A stretch of 47,878 nucleotides of DNA, filler included, from an uncultured virus (IMG/VR IMGVR_UViG_2512564001_000010) (Duplodnaviria; Heunggongvirae; Uroviricota; Caudoviricetes). It is 6 parts of one record of this genome, joined end to end, with 100 filler letters (N's around TTAATTAATTAA, not from the genome) between each part and the next. Parts side by side here need not be neighbours in the genome. Positions count along the whole stretch, not along the records: positions 9,845 to 40,514 come from IMGVR_UViG_2512564001_000010; 5 more parts are not named here. The stretch is one strand, 5' to 3'. Position numbers and translations under genes: made by a program. Positions 19,837-30,122 of the stretch are shown here, one piece after another. Positions within the stretch are counted from its first letter, which is position 1. The number at the start of each line of letters is the position of its first letter. Below the pieces are notes generated by a model that was not told where the DNA came from, made no database searches, and saw only the letters and a program-made list of their open reading frames with translations.

Positions 19837-20612
19837 GATTGCTTAGAAAAATATTTCCTTGATTGAGCCAACCCAACCAACCCGATATTATCGGGTAGCC
19901 TCATCATCAGAGAAATATTTCCTTGATGTTCTGAGTGACCATGAGCCACTCGCTTTGTTTGTTTATTAACCGTTCCTCTTAATGATGAATGGTTATTTTT
20001 TGCACTACTCAAATTTGAGTAGATGAAGTATTTTAAGCTGTGGTTAGATGGTTGTTTTGTATACTGCACAAATGGATAATTATCTCTATATATCAAAGCA
20101 TTAAGTGGGCATAACGATTGCCTAGCTATGTTAGGTTGTTTTTTGTACTGCACAAATCGTATTAACTTATTGTTTTTAATGCTTTCTTTTGTGCGCACCT
20201 CTCTAATAGCTTGTACACCCATGTTGTTTGCTTTCTGAACTACAAAATTTTTGTAGTGACCTACACTTTTTTTGTAGGTTGACTTGTTCAGGGTATCGCT
20301 CCTCTGATTTTTGGCACAAAGAAGCCCTTCACGGTTATTAACCGCGTTTTGAATATTCATGTTGAACCTTATTTAATTAATTGAAAAATGAGTCATTCTG
20401 CTTTTTCAGAAGATTAGGAAAAACGGCGTATCTTATTGGTAGATTGAGCTATGAATTGAATACTAACTCTATTGGTTAGAATTAAGTTAAATCAATGGGT
20501 TACCCTGTTCAGCTATGTCAACACTTGTAATAATGCTTGGTCAGAAAAAGGGGACTTTCGGTAATCACTGCCTACCAAGAAAAGAAATATTTTAAAACTC
20601 AATTGATAGAAT

Positions 20613-20744
20613 ATGAACAGTTATGAACACTTCATGAATAGTTTTATCTCAAGTGTTCATGATTTAATTAATTGATATATAATGTATTTTTAGTATATAT
20701 GAACAGTATGAACACTTTTTGCTAAAACTTTTCACACATACCCT
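20613..20744. repeat. Second copy of the 132-bp iteron block
   Basis: Direct repeat of 14687-14818 with 3 mismatches by manual comparison. Confidence 0.9.
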
Positions 20745-20796
20745 CAATTAGAGATAAAAATAACCTTTTCTTGGACGGCAAGGTTTGTTTAATTTG

Positions 20797-21081
20797 TTAG
20801 TGAGATTGACGGCTATAAGGATTATTGACGTTCTTCACCTTTGGCGGATTGCGTGCCCACCATAGCACATCGCTTAATAGCCATGAGACGGAGTTCTTTC
20901 CCAATGGAATACGCTTAGGAAATTTTCCCTCTTCTTCTAACACCCATCGACGGGAACGGGATAAACCCGATATCTGCTTACATTCTGCTTCCCTGATTCG
21001 GCGATCATACTTTTGACCGTATTCATCTAAAATAAATTGTCTTTCTTCTCTGGTAGGTTCAGTAAATTTAATCGTTATCAT
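20797..21081 (-). CDS. alpA: AlpA-family regulator
   Basis: DRRIREAECKQISGLSRSRRW..EEEGKFPKRIPLG.NSVSWLLSDV. Confidence 0.9.
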   Translation of the reverse strand: MITIKFTEPTREERQFILDEYGQKYDRRIREAECKQISGLSRSRRWVLEEEGKFPKRIPLGKNSVSWLLSDVLWWARNPPKVKNVNNPYSRQSH

Positions 21082-21097
21082 TATCTTCTCTCCATAA

Positions 21098-21121
21098 TAA
21101 AAAACCCCGATTAACGGGGTT
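21098..21121 (-). terminator. Intrinsic terminator between the two alpA genes
   Basis: AACCCCG/CGGGGTT hairpin plus T-run. Confidence 0.65.
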
Positions 21122-21153
21122 AAATGTGTAATATTTAATTTTATACGTTTTAG

Positions 21154-21378
21154 TTATTCAGGTTTCCATGTCCCTTTTATCCAAGCCTGAACTTCGGATA
21201 ATCGGTATAATCTGGTTTGTAGTCCTATATTTATTTTTAAAGGAAATCTGCCCCTTTTTTCTAAATAATATCTATGATTTCTACCTAGAGAAGTTAACCA
21301 TTCACATTCTTCTTCTTTAATTAATCGGTCAATTTCATCCATATTATCTATCTCAGCACGAGTTAATATTAGTATCAT
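21154..21378 (-). CDS. Second AlpA-family / excisionase-like protein
   Basis: DRLIKEEECEWLTSLGR...GRFP...YRLSEVQAWI. Confidence 0.8.
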   Translation of the reverse strand: MILILTRAEIDNMDEIDRLIKEEECEWLTSLGRNHRYYLEKRGRFPLKINIGLQTRLYRLSEVQAWIKGTWKPE

Positions 21379-21393
21379 AAAACCATCTTCTTT

Positions 21394-22581
21394 TTATAAT
21401 GCGTTTAAATAATCTACCCACCAAACAAGCGCTTCTCTTTTCCTATTCATATATTTACTTCGATTGTATATTCCCGCTACGCCAGTTAATGTGTGACCAA
21501 GTAATTGTTCAATAACATTATGTTCAAATCCGTTATCACTAAGATTTGTAGCGATTACTCTTCGCATATCATGTGGAGTCCATTTTTCTAAATGATTAAG
21601 CCTTTTCCATATTTTTATCATGCTGATGCTGGCTGCACTCTGACGCATGTTAAAACCAATTACCCTCTCTCTATTACAAGTTGCTTTGTTTAATAGTGAT
21701 AGCCATTGTTTAAAATTATAGGGAATGGGTCTAATAATTTCTCTACCATTTTTACTATGATGAGGGGGGACTCGCCATATATCATTTTCTAAGTCCCATT
21801 CATCCCATGTTGATAATATTATTTCAGAAAGACGACAACCAAAGACAATAAGAAATTTTAAAATAATTCTATTTTCATATGAGATAATATGATTATCATA
21901 TTCTTTATTCACATAATGCCACAGCGCTTTTAATTCATCCTTTGTTAACACTCTCTCTCTTTTATTTGATTTTTTTCCTACATCACTTACATCTAAATCG
22001 TCAATTTCATGGCTGATTGCATATTTTCTAACCCTACAAAATTTTAAAGCCTGTTTTGTTGTTTTTAACATTGCGCCTGCTTGTACCGGAGCAACTTTTT
22101 TTATTCTATCGAAACAGTTAACCCACATAGACAACGAACAATCATTCAATGGAATATCTCCAATATTGGAATAAATATGTTTCATGAAACAACTTTGAAT
22201 ATATTTTGCGCCTTTTCTTTTATCTTGAGCATAATTATTAATCCAGTATTCTAAGCTATCTTTGACTGTGACAGGTTTCAGTAAATCATCTTTGGTTATT
22301 TTGATTTGTATTCTCGGATCTTTACCCTCAGCTAACCATATTCGACAATTATCTCTCTGCTCCCTTGCGGCTTTTAAACTTAAATCAGGGTACTTGCCTA
22401 ATGTTAACCATATAGGCGCGCTCTTTCTCCCGTAAAGGCGAAAGAAAAAAACAAAACTTATCGTACCTGTTTTACTTATTCTTATAGCTAACCCATTACC
22501 ATCAGCAATAGTTTGTTGTTTTTCGCTTAATTTACCATGTAAGGATCTTAACTTTTTATCACTGAGCTTGTTGACTGCCAT
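21394..22581 (-). CDS. int: P4-like tyrosine integrase
   Basis: Arm-binding DGNGL...LGKYPDLSLKAAR; catalytic GCRLSE, HDMRR, LGH, Y; likely start MAVNKL at 22581. Confidence 0.95.
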   Translation of the reverse strand: MAVNKLSDKKLRSLHGKLSEKQQTIADGNGLAIRISKTGTISFVFFFRLYGRKSAPIWLTLGKYPDLSLKAAREQRDNCRIWLAEGKDPRIQIKITKDDLLKPVTVKDSLEYWINNYAQDKRKGAKYIQSCFMKHIYSNIGDIPLNDCSLSMWVNCFDRIKKVAPVQAGAMLKTTKQALKFCRVRKYAISHEIDDLDVSDVGKKSNKRERVLTKDELKALWHYVNKEYDNHIISYENRIILKFLIVFGCRLSEIILSTWDEWDLENDIWRVPPHHSKNGREIIRPIPYNFKQWLSLLNKATCNRERVIGFNMRQSAASISMIKIWKRLNHLEKWTPHDMRRVIATNLSDNGFEHNVIEQLLGHTLTGVAGIYNRSKYMNRKREALVWWVDYLNAL

Positions 22582-22600
22582 GTAGCGCCCTTTTTTCAAT

Positions 22601-22624
22601 TTGCAATACACATTGCAATACACA
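22601..22624. repeat. Tandem 12-bp repeat, probable integrase arm-type sites
   Basis: (TTGCAATACACA)x2 immediately upstream of int. Confidence 0.65.
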
Positions 22625-22867
22625 GAGTTGTGTAAAAACCAGAAAACACGAAAAAACACGAGAACAATAAAAAATGAATAATCTATTTTATATTAGTATC
22701 TTACAAACAACACGAGGACGGCTAATCCATTATAATTAGCAGATATTACATTTTTGGTTATAAAATTNNNNNNNNNNNNNNNNNNNNNNNNNNNNNNNNN
22801 NNNNNNNNNNNNNNNNNNNNNNNNNNNNNNNNNNNNNNNNNNNNNNNNNNNNNNNNNNNNNNNNNNN

Positions 22868-22984
22868 GATGTAGCCATACTTAACAGGAAGGCGTAAGAA
22901 GTCCTTACCGTCAGGCAATGAATCCAGGGTTAATCCTGCGACAGGAGGCTGGCTGTCTCGTCGTCTTGGGGTGCGTGAAAAAAA
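22868..22984 (-). CDS. Tail assembly chaperone frameshift extension (partial)
   Basis: Slippery T TTT TTT at 22978-22984; the -1 frame is open: SRTPRRRDSQPPVAGLTLDSLPDGKDFLRLPVKYGYI into the gap. Confidence 0.7.
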
Positions 22985-23340
22985 TTACCGAGGGAGTCTC
23001 CAATCACCTGCGCCACAATCTCAAGCAGGGTTTTTAAGTCAATATCATCAAACATTAATTCGCCCTGGCGAAAAACCGGCGTCCATATTTTGGCGTTTTT
23101 GCGTGAAACCACGGCTAAACAAGGATGCAAAATCGCATTACAATCTTCATCGCTCATTTGCGCAATGGCATTTGCCATAACGGGTAACACCGCTGCCATA
23201 GGCATTTCCCCTTGCTGTAATTTTTGCAGTTCACCGGTTAAACCCGATAATACGGGTAATAATTTTCGCGTCACTTTAAGCTGGTCAAAGACACTCAGTT
23301 TCGTCGCGCGATATTCGTGGCCGTTAATTTCTATTTCCAT
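22930..23340 (-). CDS. Tail assembly chaperone
   Basis: EINGHEYRATKLSVFDQLKVTRKL...LGNFF; follows the tube gene. Confidence 0.8.
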   Translation of the reverse strand: MEIEINGHEYRATKLSVFDQLKVTRKLLPVLSGLTGELQKLQQGEMPMAAVLPVMANAIAQMSDEDCNAILHPCLAVVSRKNAKIWTPVFRQGELMFDDIDLKTLLEIVAQVIGDSLGNFFHAPQDDETASLLSQD

Positions 23341-23780
23341 TAGAATTCTCCTAATAAAGCGTCGATCTTGATGCAGTCAAAAACCCAAGCGAGCACATTC
23401 GCCTCTTTTGCATTTTGAAAATCCGGTATTTTCTGAAAAGCACAACTGCGCGCGGTGATGATATCGCCGGATACCGGATTACGTATCACAATCACATTAT
23501 TACCCCAAAGCGCTGATGACACGCTTTGCGCGTTATAGGCGATCATCAGTTTCTTGTTAACGGGCGAGGCTTTAATGAGACTTACGGTTACCGTACCTGA
23601 CTTCCCCCCGTGTAGTGTGTGCATCCCTTCTCCATCAGCCCCAATGGTCATGATGTTTTTGGCTTCGGTCATCGTCACCACAATGCCTTCTTCCGAGTTC
23701 GCCGAGCCAGCGCCCAAATCTATCACCCCCGTGGGGCCGGTAAGCGTGGCGGAAACATCAACAAAACTATAAGCGGCCAT
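23340..23780 (-). CDS. Tail tube protein (DUF3277-like)
   Basis: YSFVDVSATLTGP...MTIGADGEGMH; directly after the sheath. Confidence 0.8.
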   Translation of the reverse strand: MAAYSFVDVSATLTGPTGVIDLGAGSANSEEGIVVTMTEAKNIMTIGADGEGMHTLHGGKSGTVTVSLIKASPVNKKLMIAYNAQSVSSALWGNNVIVIRNPVSGDIITARSCAFQKIPDFQNAKEANVLAWVFDCIKIDALLGEF

Positions 23781-23789
23781 TTTCTCTCC

Positions 23790-25268
23790 TTATCGAACAA
23801 TGGTGATCAAGACATCCGCGAAATGCACCGCGCCGGCTAACTTACAGGCAACCTGAATCGGCGGCGCCTTGCGTTTTTCGCGCTCGGATTGCGCCTGCTC
23901 CGCAAGCGGTTGAATATAGACGTAATACCCTTTGGTGAGCGTATCTCCGCTTGCCAATTGCCCTAAAGAGCCACCATTCCAGATACCCGGTGCAAGTAAT
24001 CCATTAGTGACCGCCTGCGCCAGGGATTGCTCAACATTGGTTAAAAGCGTCGTGCTGCCTTGCTCCGTTTGAGAGACTTTGGTGGTACTGGTATACAAAA
24101 GATTGTACAAATTGGTTTGCACAAAATTTTGCAACCAATCCAGGCCGTGGCGTTCATCGAAAAAATCACCATTGGCCATCACGCCTTCTTGTATGATGGC
24201 AGTGTCGTTATCATAATTGACAAACACGTTGCAATTTTTGTCCGCCAGCGTATTAGCCTGTGACGTAGTCAACGTCTCCGCTTTAACACCAGGCTCCTGT
24301 TTGAATTTAAGTGTGATCGTGGTGTTATTGCCGTTAAAATTCACGGAAAACGCCCGGCCAAAAGCAGAAGCAGCTGCGTAAGGTGTTGAAGTGGAATATT
24401 GCGTAAATACGCGTTGATGTTTCGCTTGTTTTAACACGGAGGCAATATCATCCGCTTTCGTGCTATCCAGAACGGCGGTATCTTGCGTAGTGTAACCAAA
24501 AACGCGGGAACTTCCGGCTGAACCGATAAAGTTGGCTATGGCTTTCACTTCATCGTTAGAAAGGGCAGAAGTCACCACCAGTCCATACCAGTCGTTGGAT
24601 AAATCGGCTAATTTTGCGATAGCGTCAACGATAGCTTCCCCGTCAGTTCCTTCGACAGGTGTAGCTCCCATCTCTTGCGTTAATTTCAGCATAGACGACA
24701 AGTCAGTGCCGGATTCCGGTGGAGACGCAAATCCGACTGAACCGTTTTGACCGGCCGTATTGGAGGTGACAACAAATCGGCGATCATTACTGTTCCATGT
24801 CATCGTGGAGGAAGTCATTTTTTCACTAATTCTTGCAGCGACACCGTTTAAATTGGTTTCTTGCAAAAAATTGATACCCGTTAATTTCACATTTTTGCCG
24901 TTAACACTGATAACCATTGCGCCGTCAGTAATGGAAGTGAAATTACTTATTGTTGATTCTTCCTCGGTTAATATGCTCCCACGCAACAAGGCTGGTGAAG
25001 CTGATTTCACCCATCGGCCAACATATAGATCGACGGGTTTTGGTGACTGCTGGTAATAGAGTGAAGCCGCCTGATACTCGGGTGCGGTTGTACCAAAATC
25101 ATTGGCGACTTCCTCAATATTGGAATACGCCCGTAATCGCTCAAGCGGATCGATAACGGGTGAGTCACCGACAACTAGCAGTGAACCGAAATTGCGACTG
25201 CTTGCGGCACGTGGTGACATATCAAGCGTGACCTTAACCACCCTTGAAATGGGTAAACCTTTAGACAT
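23790..25268 (-). CDS. Tail sheath protein (DUF3383-like)
   Basis: 492 aa; [30 protein letters not shown]. Confidence 0.88.
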   Translation of the reverse strand: MSKGLPISRVVKVTLDMSPRAASSRNFGSLLVVGDSPVIDPLERLRAYSNIEEVANDFGTTAPEYQAASLYYQQSPKPVDLYVGRWVKSASPALLRGSILTEEESTISNFTSITDGAMVISVNGKNVKLTGINFLQETNLNGVAARISEKMTSSTMTWNSNDRRFVVTSNTAGQNGSVGFASPPESGTDLSSMLKLTQEMGATPVEGTDGEAIVDAIAKLADLSNDWYGLVVTSALSNDEVKAIANFIGSAGSSRVFGYTTQDTAVLDSTKADDIASVLKQAKHQRVFTQYSTSTPYAAASAFGRAFSVNFNGNNTTITLKFKQEPGVKAETLTTSQANTLADKNCNVFVNYDNDTAIIQEGVMANGDFFDERHGLDWLQNFVQTNLYNLLYTSTTKVSQTEQGSTTLLTNVEQSLAQAVTNGLLAPGIWNGGSLGQLASGDTLTKGYYVYIQPLAEQAQSEREKRKAPPIQVACKLAGAVHFADVLITIVR

Positions 25269-25820
25269 TTATTTTTCTCCAAAAAATGTAACGTCGGCAT
25301 CTTTCACGGATTTTATGTGATAGCGACGTACCACTTTGCGACGTAGATGAACGGTGAAATCAAAACGATTTACCCACTGATTATTGATAAGCTCTGGAAA
25401 CGCCCTAATTTGACTGTGGCTACCGAGTGTAAGATTGAATTTATTCAGTTCAGCATTGTTTTGACTGAGCGTGACGCCATCCCGAAAGCGAGCGGCGTAA
25501 ATCATACCTTCTCTTCCGTAGAAAGAAGCCATACAGGTTAACGTTTCGTACTGCCAAAGTTCGCTCGATTCATCACGTTGATTGACCATGGCGGGATTTG
25601 GCTCACTGGTAATATCAATGAGGCCAAACGCACACCAGTTGGTATCAGGGGATGGCAACGGTGCCGGTTCGCGTTGCCAGCGAGGTAAAACGTGTTTTGC
25701 TGGCAAAGCAGAAACGCCACAAACCCAACGCGTTAACAGGCGATCTAAGCCTTCATTATACAAAGCGTTATCATCAAAGGGCGTTAGCCAACCGGCTTCG
25801 GTACTGCTGTTATTACTCAT
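25269..25820 (-). CDS. Neck / tail terminator protein
   Basis: PRWQ...NWCAFG...PELINNQWVNRFD; precedes the sheath. Confidence 0.7.
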   Translation of the reverse strand: MSNNSSTEAGWLTPFDDNALYNEGLDRLLTRWVCGVSALPAKHVLPRWQREPAPLPSPDTNWCAFGLIDITSEPNPAMVNQRDESSELWQYETLTCMASFYGREGMIYAARFRDGVTLSQNNAELNKFNLTLGSHSQIRAFPELINNQWVNRFDFTVHLRRKVVRRYHIKSVKDADVTFFGEK

Positions 25821-26199
25821 GAGAGATGCCTCCGTCAAAGGGCATCAGTTCACAATGCGCTTGAACAAATCCCGCGCCATAAGCGGTGTAAGGATCGACG
25901 GATTTCACCAGATATTTGCGCCCCTGATAGGTGAAAATATCGCCAATATGATGGGTTTCACCGGCTATTAATCGGGTGGTGGTGACAACCAGTATTCGAC
26001 CACTCACTAGTTGACCCGATGTGCGTATTTGCGCTTCAATTGAACTATCTACAGTAACGACACCTGAAAAAGGAAAAGTGCTTTCTTTTGTCGAGGTGAT
26101 ACCTTCATCATCAATCAAAATTTCCCGTCGTGTGTAAGTGAGCGAGGTATCGCAAAAATCCGGATCAAAAAGCACATCGGTTACATCAAGCATTGGCAT
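25813..26199 (-). CDS. Head-tail adaptor/closure protein
   Basis: [12 protein letters not shown]...YGAGFVQAHCEL; position in the neck cluster. Confidence 0.7.
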   Translation of the reverse strand: MPMLDVTDVLFDPDFCDTSLTYTRREILIDDEGITSTKESTFPFSGVVTVDSSIEAQIRTSGQLVSGRILVVTTTRLIAGETHHIGDIFTYQGRKYLVKSVDPYTAYGAGFVQAHCELMPFDGGISHE

Positions 26200-26734
26200 T
26201 TTTCTTCCTCACAACATAAGTGATAGCACGCCGATAGGTTCCCGTATCAATCAGCGGTTTAGCGTTGTTGTTATCGGGCGGTAAACCGGCTTTTCGATTT
26301 TCCAGCGCTTGCGCCGCCCCTTTACGTCCTCGTCGTGCCCGAGCAGCTAATGTACTGTCAGCCAGCGGGGTAAAATTGCTTTGGGTAATGACAGTCTGCA
26401 CCCCTTGAACGGCGATTTGGCCTGCCCGATTTAAAGCCTGTTCGGCCTTATCATTTTCCTCATACAAAATCGCTTTAGCGGCAGATTTCAATTCAGCAGT
26501 GGTTTTGGTTTCCACTGAACGAATGCCCGGTATCAAATGCGGTCTGGCCGGAATGTTTTTTGCCGGTGAGCCAAACTCATTGATATAACCAATCGCTGCA
26601 TTGCTAAAGGGAATGTCATCGCGATTGCTATTTTCAGCCGGAATACCCACCAGTACATCTTGCTTGGTCAGCTGATGTAAGGCAGCAAATAACTGACTTG
26701 TTTTATCAAGTCGTAGTGCGACACCACTTTTCAT
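26186..26734 (-). CDS. Neck / tail completion protein
   Basis: VLVGIP...INEFGSP..NIPARP...KPLIDTG. Confidence 0.7.
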   Translation of the reverse strand: MKSGVALRLDKTSQLFAALHQLTKQDVLVGIPAENSNRDDIPFSNAAIGYINEFGSPAKNIPARPHLIPGIRSVETKTTAELKSAAKAILYEENDKAEQALNRAGQIAVQGVQTVITQSNFTPLADSTLAARARRGRKGAAQALENRKAGLPPDNNNAKPLIDTGTYRRAITYVVRKKNANA

Positions 26735-27144
26735 ATTTGCCGGCCTCCAGCCCCAAACATCAGTACCCACTGATAAAATTCCGCACCATAACGGGTGTTA
26801 TTCCAGAATCCCGCATTGGGGTTGAGCGTCATGCTGTTATCGTAACTGACACTGACCTTATCGACCGACTTAGCGGCTGCCACCCCTGAACTTGAACCGC
26901 CCACACCGCCTGCCTGTAAAGAACGTGAATCCATGGCATAAAGCGTGAGGTAATGCGCAACAAATAACCCCACCCAGTAAGGAAAGACATCACTCCCTGA
27001 GACATTTTCACTGAGGAATTTGTCGGCTAAATTTAAACGAAACTGAATTTGCGCATCAGGAAATTTAACCTCATCGTTAAACTGGGGAAAATCATTGCGG
27101 AATTGTTGTACCGTTGGCAGGGGTTTGTTCCGTTGACTCATCAA
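26731..27144 (-). CDS. Head-tail adaptor (DUF4054-like)
   Basis: FRNDFPQF...LFVAHY...[11 protein letters not shown]...TRYG. Confidence 0.8.
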   Translation of the reverse strand: MMSQRNKPLPTVQQFRNDFPQFNDEVKFPDAQIQFRLNLADKFLSENVSGSDVFPYWVGLFVAHYLTLYAMDSRSLQAGGVGGSSSGVAAAKSVDKVSVSYDNSMTLNPNAGFWNNTRYGAEFYQWVLMFGAGGRQI

Positions 27145-27376
27145 TACCCTCTTTATTTTCAGTTTCCTGGTTGATTTTTTCTTTCCCTTTTTTCTTAGTC
27201 TTGGTATTCCCGTTTTCGTTGGTTTGCGATTTTACGGGATCAAGGACGATACTATGCGCCTCGGTAAACCAATGCTCTGCCGTATTTTTGCTGACCTCAT
27301 GGATACCGACATCAAAATCGGTTCGCTCACCGGACTCATGGGTAAGCGTAAAAGGGGTATGTACCTGAATTTTCAT
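27092..27376 (-). CDS. Small virion-associated protein (STY1053-like)
   Basis: [10 protein letters not shown]...AEHWF; follows the capsid gene. Confidence 0.6.
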   Translation of the reverse strand: MKIQVHTPFTLTHESGERTDFDVGIHEVSKNTAEHWFTEAHSIVLDPVKSQTNENGNTKTKKKGKEKINQETENKEGIDESTEQTPANGTTIPQ

Positions 27377-27411
27377 GAATGAACTCCAAAAATGAAGCCC
27401 CAATATGGGGC

Positions 27412-28359
27412 TTAGATACCATCACAGTAGGCCAGTGTTTCGGGATAAACGGCTTCAACCGCACCCAGACGACCGTAATAAGTCACCAGTTGATACAATC
27501 CTCGATATTGGATAGGGATACTCTGTAGCGGCACCATCGGGAAGCGAACATACTGTTTATCATTGGTATACGCGATCATGCGATCTTTGTTGCTGACACC
27601 TCGCCCTTTTAACCATTTCACCGCGTAAATATTGAGTGGCACCCCGTTTTGATGATACGCAATGGTATTAGTTTTGAGATACGTCAGTAATGACTGATTA
27701 CCCGCACTAGAGACGATAACACTGGATATGTGAGCAAACTGTTCAGGCGGAATAAGTAAATCCGTTGGCACCATCGAATAAGCAGACGCTGCCCATGCAT
27801 CGCTTAAGATTTTGTTGATACTGTCACGGATTTCATCAGCGGTGGACTGGCTCCAGGTTTTGGCGGCATTGTTAGTCTTGATATTGTCAAGATTCAGCAA
27901 GCCTTTAATGCCTAAACCGGAATCACCAATATAAACCTGTTCGTCCATATCCATATTCCACTTGAGACGCATCCCTTCATGTTTCTGTGCATCCACGGGG
28001 CGACCTACTTGTCTGGCGGATTGTAATTCCACGACCGTCCAACCCAACTCCATTCCCCAAAGCGGCAAAGGGAAGCCATATTTTTGAATATCGATATTGA
28101 TGCCCGCTAATGCGGTGGAATCTATGCTAATCCAGTTTTTACCGTTAGGATTAGCGCCACTGCCTGCCGCCGCAAAACCAGTGCGGGTAAAGCTCGAAAT
28201 TTCATCCGCAATGGAAACATCTTCACGGCGTTGCACATCCCGACTATTGGTGTATTGCACCAAAGGCATATTAATCGTGGGGTCTAAACGCTCAAGCTCA
28301 CCGATAAGAAAAGCACCGGTTGAGTCGATTGTGCGTTGGTCAAAAGTTAACATAGTCAT
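27412..28359 (-). CDS. Major capsid protein (DUF2184-like)
   Basis: [15 protein letters not shown]...VYIGD..GIKGLLN...VRFPMVP. Confidence 0.88.
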   Translation of the reverse strand: MTMLTFDQRTIDSTGAFLIGELERLDPTINMPLVQYTNSRDVQRREDVSIADEISSFTRTGFAAAGSGANPNGKNWISIDSTALAGINIDIQKYGFPLPLWGMELGWTVVELQSARQVGRPVDAQKHEGMRLKWNMDMDEQVYIGDSGLGIKGLLNLDNIKTNNAAKTWSQSTADEIRDSINKILSDAWAASAYSMVPTDLLIPPEQFAHISSVIVSSAGNQSLLTYLKTNTIAYHQNGVPLNIYAVKWLKGRGVSNKDRMIAYTNDKQYVRFPMVPLQSIPIQYRGLYQLVTYYGRLGAVEAVYPETLAYCDGI

Positions 28360-28362
28360 TCC

Positions 28363-28884
28363 TTAAATTTTGTACGAGATTTCAACGTTGCCGTCAGCAT
28401 CACCGTGGCCGGTAAACTCAGCATTCGCCAATATCACGGTATTGATTTTTTCTGACGCCCCTGCCCCTGTTTTTTCTTCGGCAATCAAAATAGCACCCAA
28501 CGGGCTTTTATCCGTTGCCTCTGCCACTCGCACATAAACCTTGGCGCCTTTTTTAACCTGTTGACTATCCATGCCAACATTCACCAAGACATAGCCGCGT
28601 TTTAGCGCATCGCCAGTAAAGTTCTTCTCAGTGCCAATCTGCCGGATAAAATCTTGCGTTTGGGTGGTTGGGTAAGGACGGATATAAATACCTTTAATCA
28701 TTTCTGCGGTATCACCCTCACTAAGGGGAACAAAATAATCGCCGTCATATTTTCCTGCCAATCCATAGGTGGGAAAACCGTCTTTAGATTTTAGTAACAC
28801 CGGCTCCGTGGTTAAATCCCGATAGCGTGAGATAGCACCGGCAATACCCACTGGCATCCGGTATAAATAAGGTTGCATCATCAT
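28363..28884 (-). CDS. Head decoration/cement protein
   Basis: YRMPVGIAGAISR...RPYPT...EISYKI; between protease and capsid. Confidence 0.7.
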   Translation of the reverse strand: MMMQPYLYRMPVGIAGAISRYRDLTTEPVLLKSKDGFPTYGLAGKYDGDYFVPLSEGDTAEMIKGIYIRPYPTTQTQDFIRQIGTEKNFTGDALKRGYVLVNVGMDSQQVKKGAKVYVRVAEATDKSPLGAILIAEEKTGAGASEKINTVILANAEFTGHGDADGNVEISYKI

Positions 28885-30098
28885 AGGTTTTTACCTCGTG
28901 TCGCCCAAAATTCGGCATTTGACTTGTTTAAATCGGCGATCGCATTGCCGGATTTTCGGATTGAATCGATAGTGGGGATATTGGCGGTATTGCGGTTTTT
29001 CGAAAGTTCTGCGACCGCATTAAACGCCATATCCACTGTACGCTTGGGTAATCGGTTAATTTCCGCATCGCCGACAATAGCGCGCACCATAGTTTGGTCT
29101 GCATTGGCTAACACCTGACGTTTAAAGGCCGTGGGTTTTACCGGTGTTGAAAGGGCTACCCCTGGCATAATCAACTCTGCTTTATATGCCGCATCGCCGG
29201 TAATGGTTTCTACCTTTTCGTTTTTTTCCTCGTTATCCTCAGTATGGGTTGTCTTTTCATCTGGTTTATCACTACTATCAGCGGTTTTACCCTCAAGGGC
29301 ATCTAACCTTGTCAAAATGGCTTGAATGTAATCCGGTACCCCCTCATCACTGGTCACGACTTCGGGCTTTTCCGCTGGCATCGGATGTTGTGGACTGATA
29401 TTAATATTGATTGCCTTAGGTAATTCACCCGTGCCTTCATCCCCTGTAATTGACTCTGGCGCGTTATTGAGCACTGATTCCATGGCCACGGCATCTTTCG
29501 TGCGATGGGCACTTAGTAGCCGTTTGAACCAGGTTTGTGTTTTGTTTGACATACTGTCTCCAATTGCACATCGTATTCCCGCTCTGCCTTTAGGGACCAG
29601 AGCGACATGATTGCCAACGATTTCATACTGACGTGCGATGCCAGGCGCAAGCTGTTCGTATTGCGCGTCATAGCCACACGAGACTTCGTCGTTGCCGTGA
29701 TTAATTTCCTCGATTGCTAGCGTATCCTTGATGATCAAATCCGCTATCACCAAATCCGCCTGTTCACCCTCTCCGCGTCTCACATTTTGCACATGCCCTT
29801 GCGCTAAATCGCGCCAATTGTCGGTGTCAACAAAAATGACATTGCCTTTCCCATCTTCGGGATGCAGAAGTGTGACGCTCATGCCCTCAAAAGAGGCCAG
29901 CGTTTCAGGACGAAAGACTTCGTCACTGTGTCTCTCAACGAATATTTGCCCTTGACTGTCTGGCTTGAGATTAGGTAAATCCAAGGCGGAGTAAACTTGC
30001 GTGCCTGTTCGGGCAATCGGTACGTTTTTACACAATAGCGAGCCGTCCGCCATTTGGTAACGGGTGTTACCCAGGCGTGTTTTAAAAAAATATTTCAT
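28881..30098 (-). CDS. Prohead protease/scaffold (DUF2213-like)
   Basis: VPIARTG, SFEG...HP, SCGYDA, NHVALVPKGRAG. Confidence 0.85.
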   Translation of the reverse strand: MKYFFKTRLGNTRYQMADGSLLCKNVPIARTGTQVYSALDLPNLKPDSQGQIFVERHSDEVFRPETLASFEGMSVTLLHPEDGKGNVIFVDTDNWRDLAQGHVQNVRRGEGEQADLVIADLIIKDTLAIEEINHGNDEVSCGYDAQYEQLAPGIARQYEIVGNHVALVPKGRAGIRCAIGDSMSNKTQTWFKRLLSAHRTKDAVAMESVLNNAPESITGDEGTGELPKAININISPQHPMPAEKPEVVTSDEGVPDYIQAILTRLDALEGKTADSSDKPDEKTTHTEDNEEKNEKVETITGDAAYKAELIMPGVALSTPVKPTAFKRQVLANADQTMVRAIVGDAEINRLPKRTVDMAFNAVAELSKNRNTANIPTIDSIRKSGNAIADLNKSNAEFWATRGKNL

Positions 30099-30122
30099 GG
30101 GGATACCAGTAAAAGAGCGATA

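Larger units (their letters stand above)
9845..22767 (-). mobile_element. Capsid-forming PICI-like satellite (cf-PICI); terS/terL presumably lost in the gap
   Basis: Order int-alpA-icd-pri-capsid-protease-portal-closure-connector-HNH, all on one strand, with no tail or lysis genes within the contig. Confidence 0.85.

Noticed and set aside
22670..22767. Satellite att core
   Set aside because: The expected location is upstream of int, but I found no matching repeat in the window and could not recognise the target gene.
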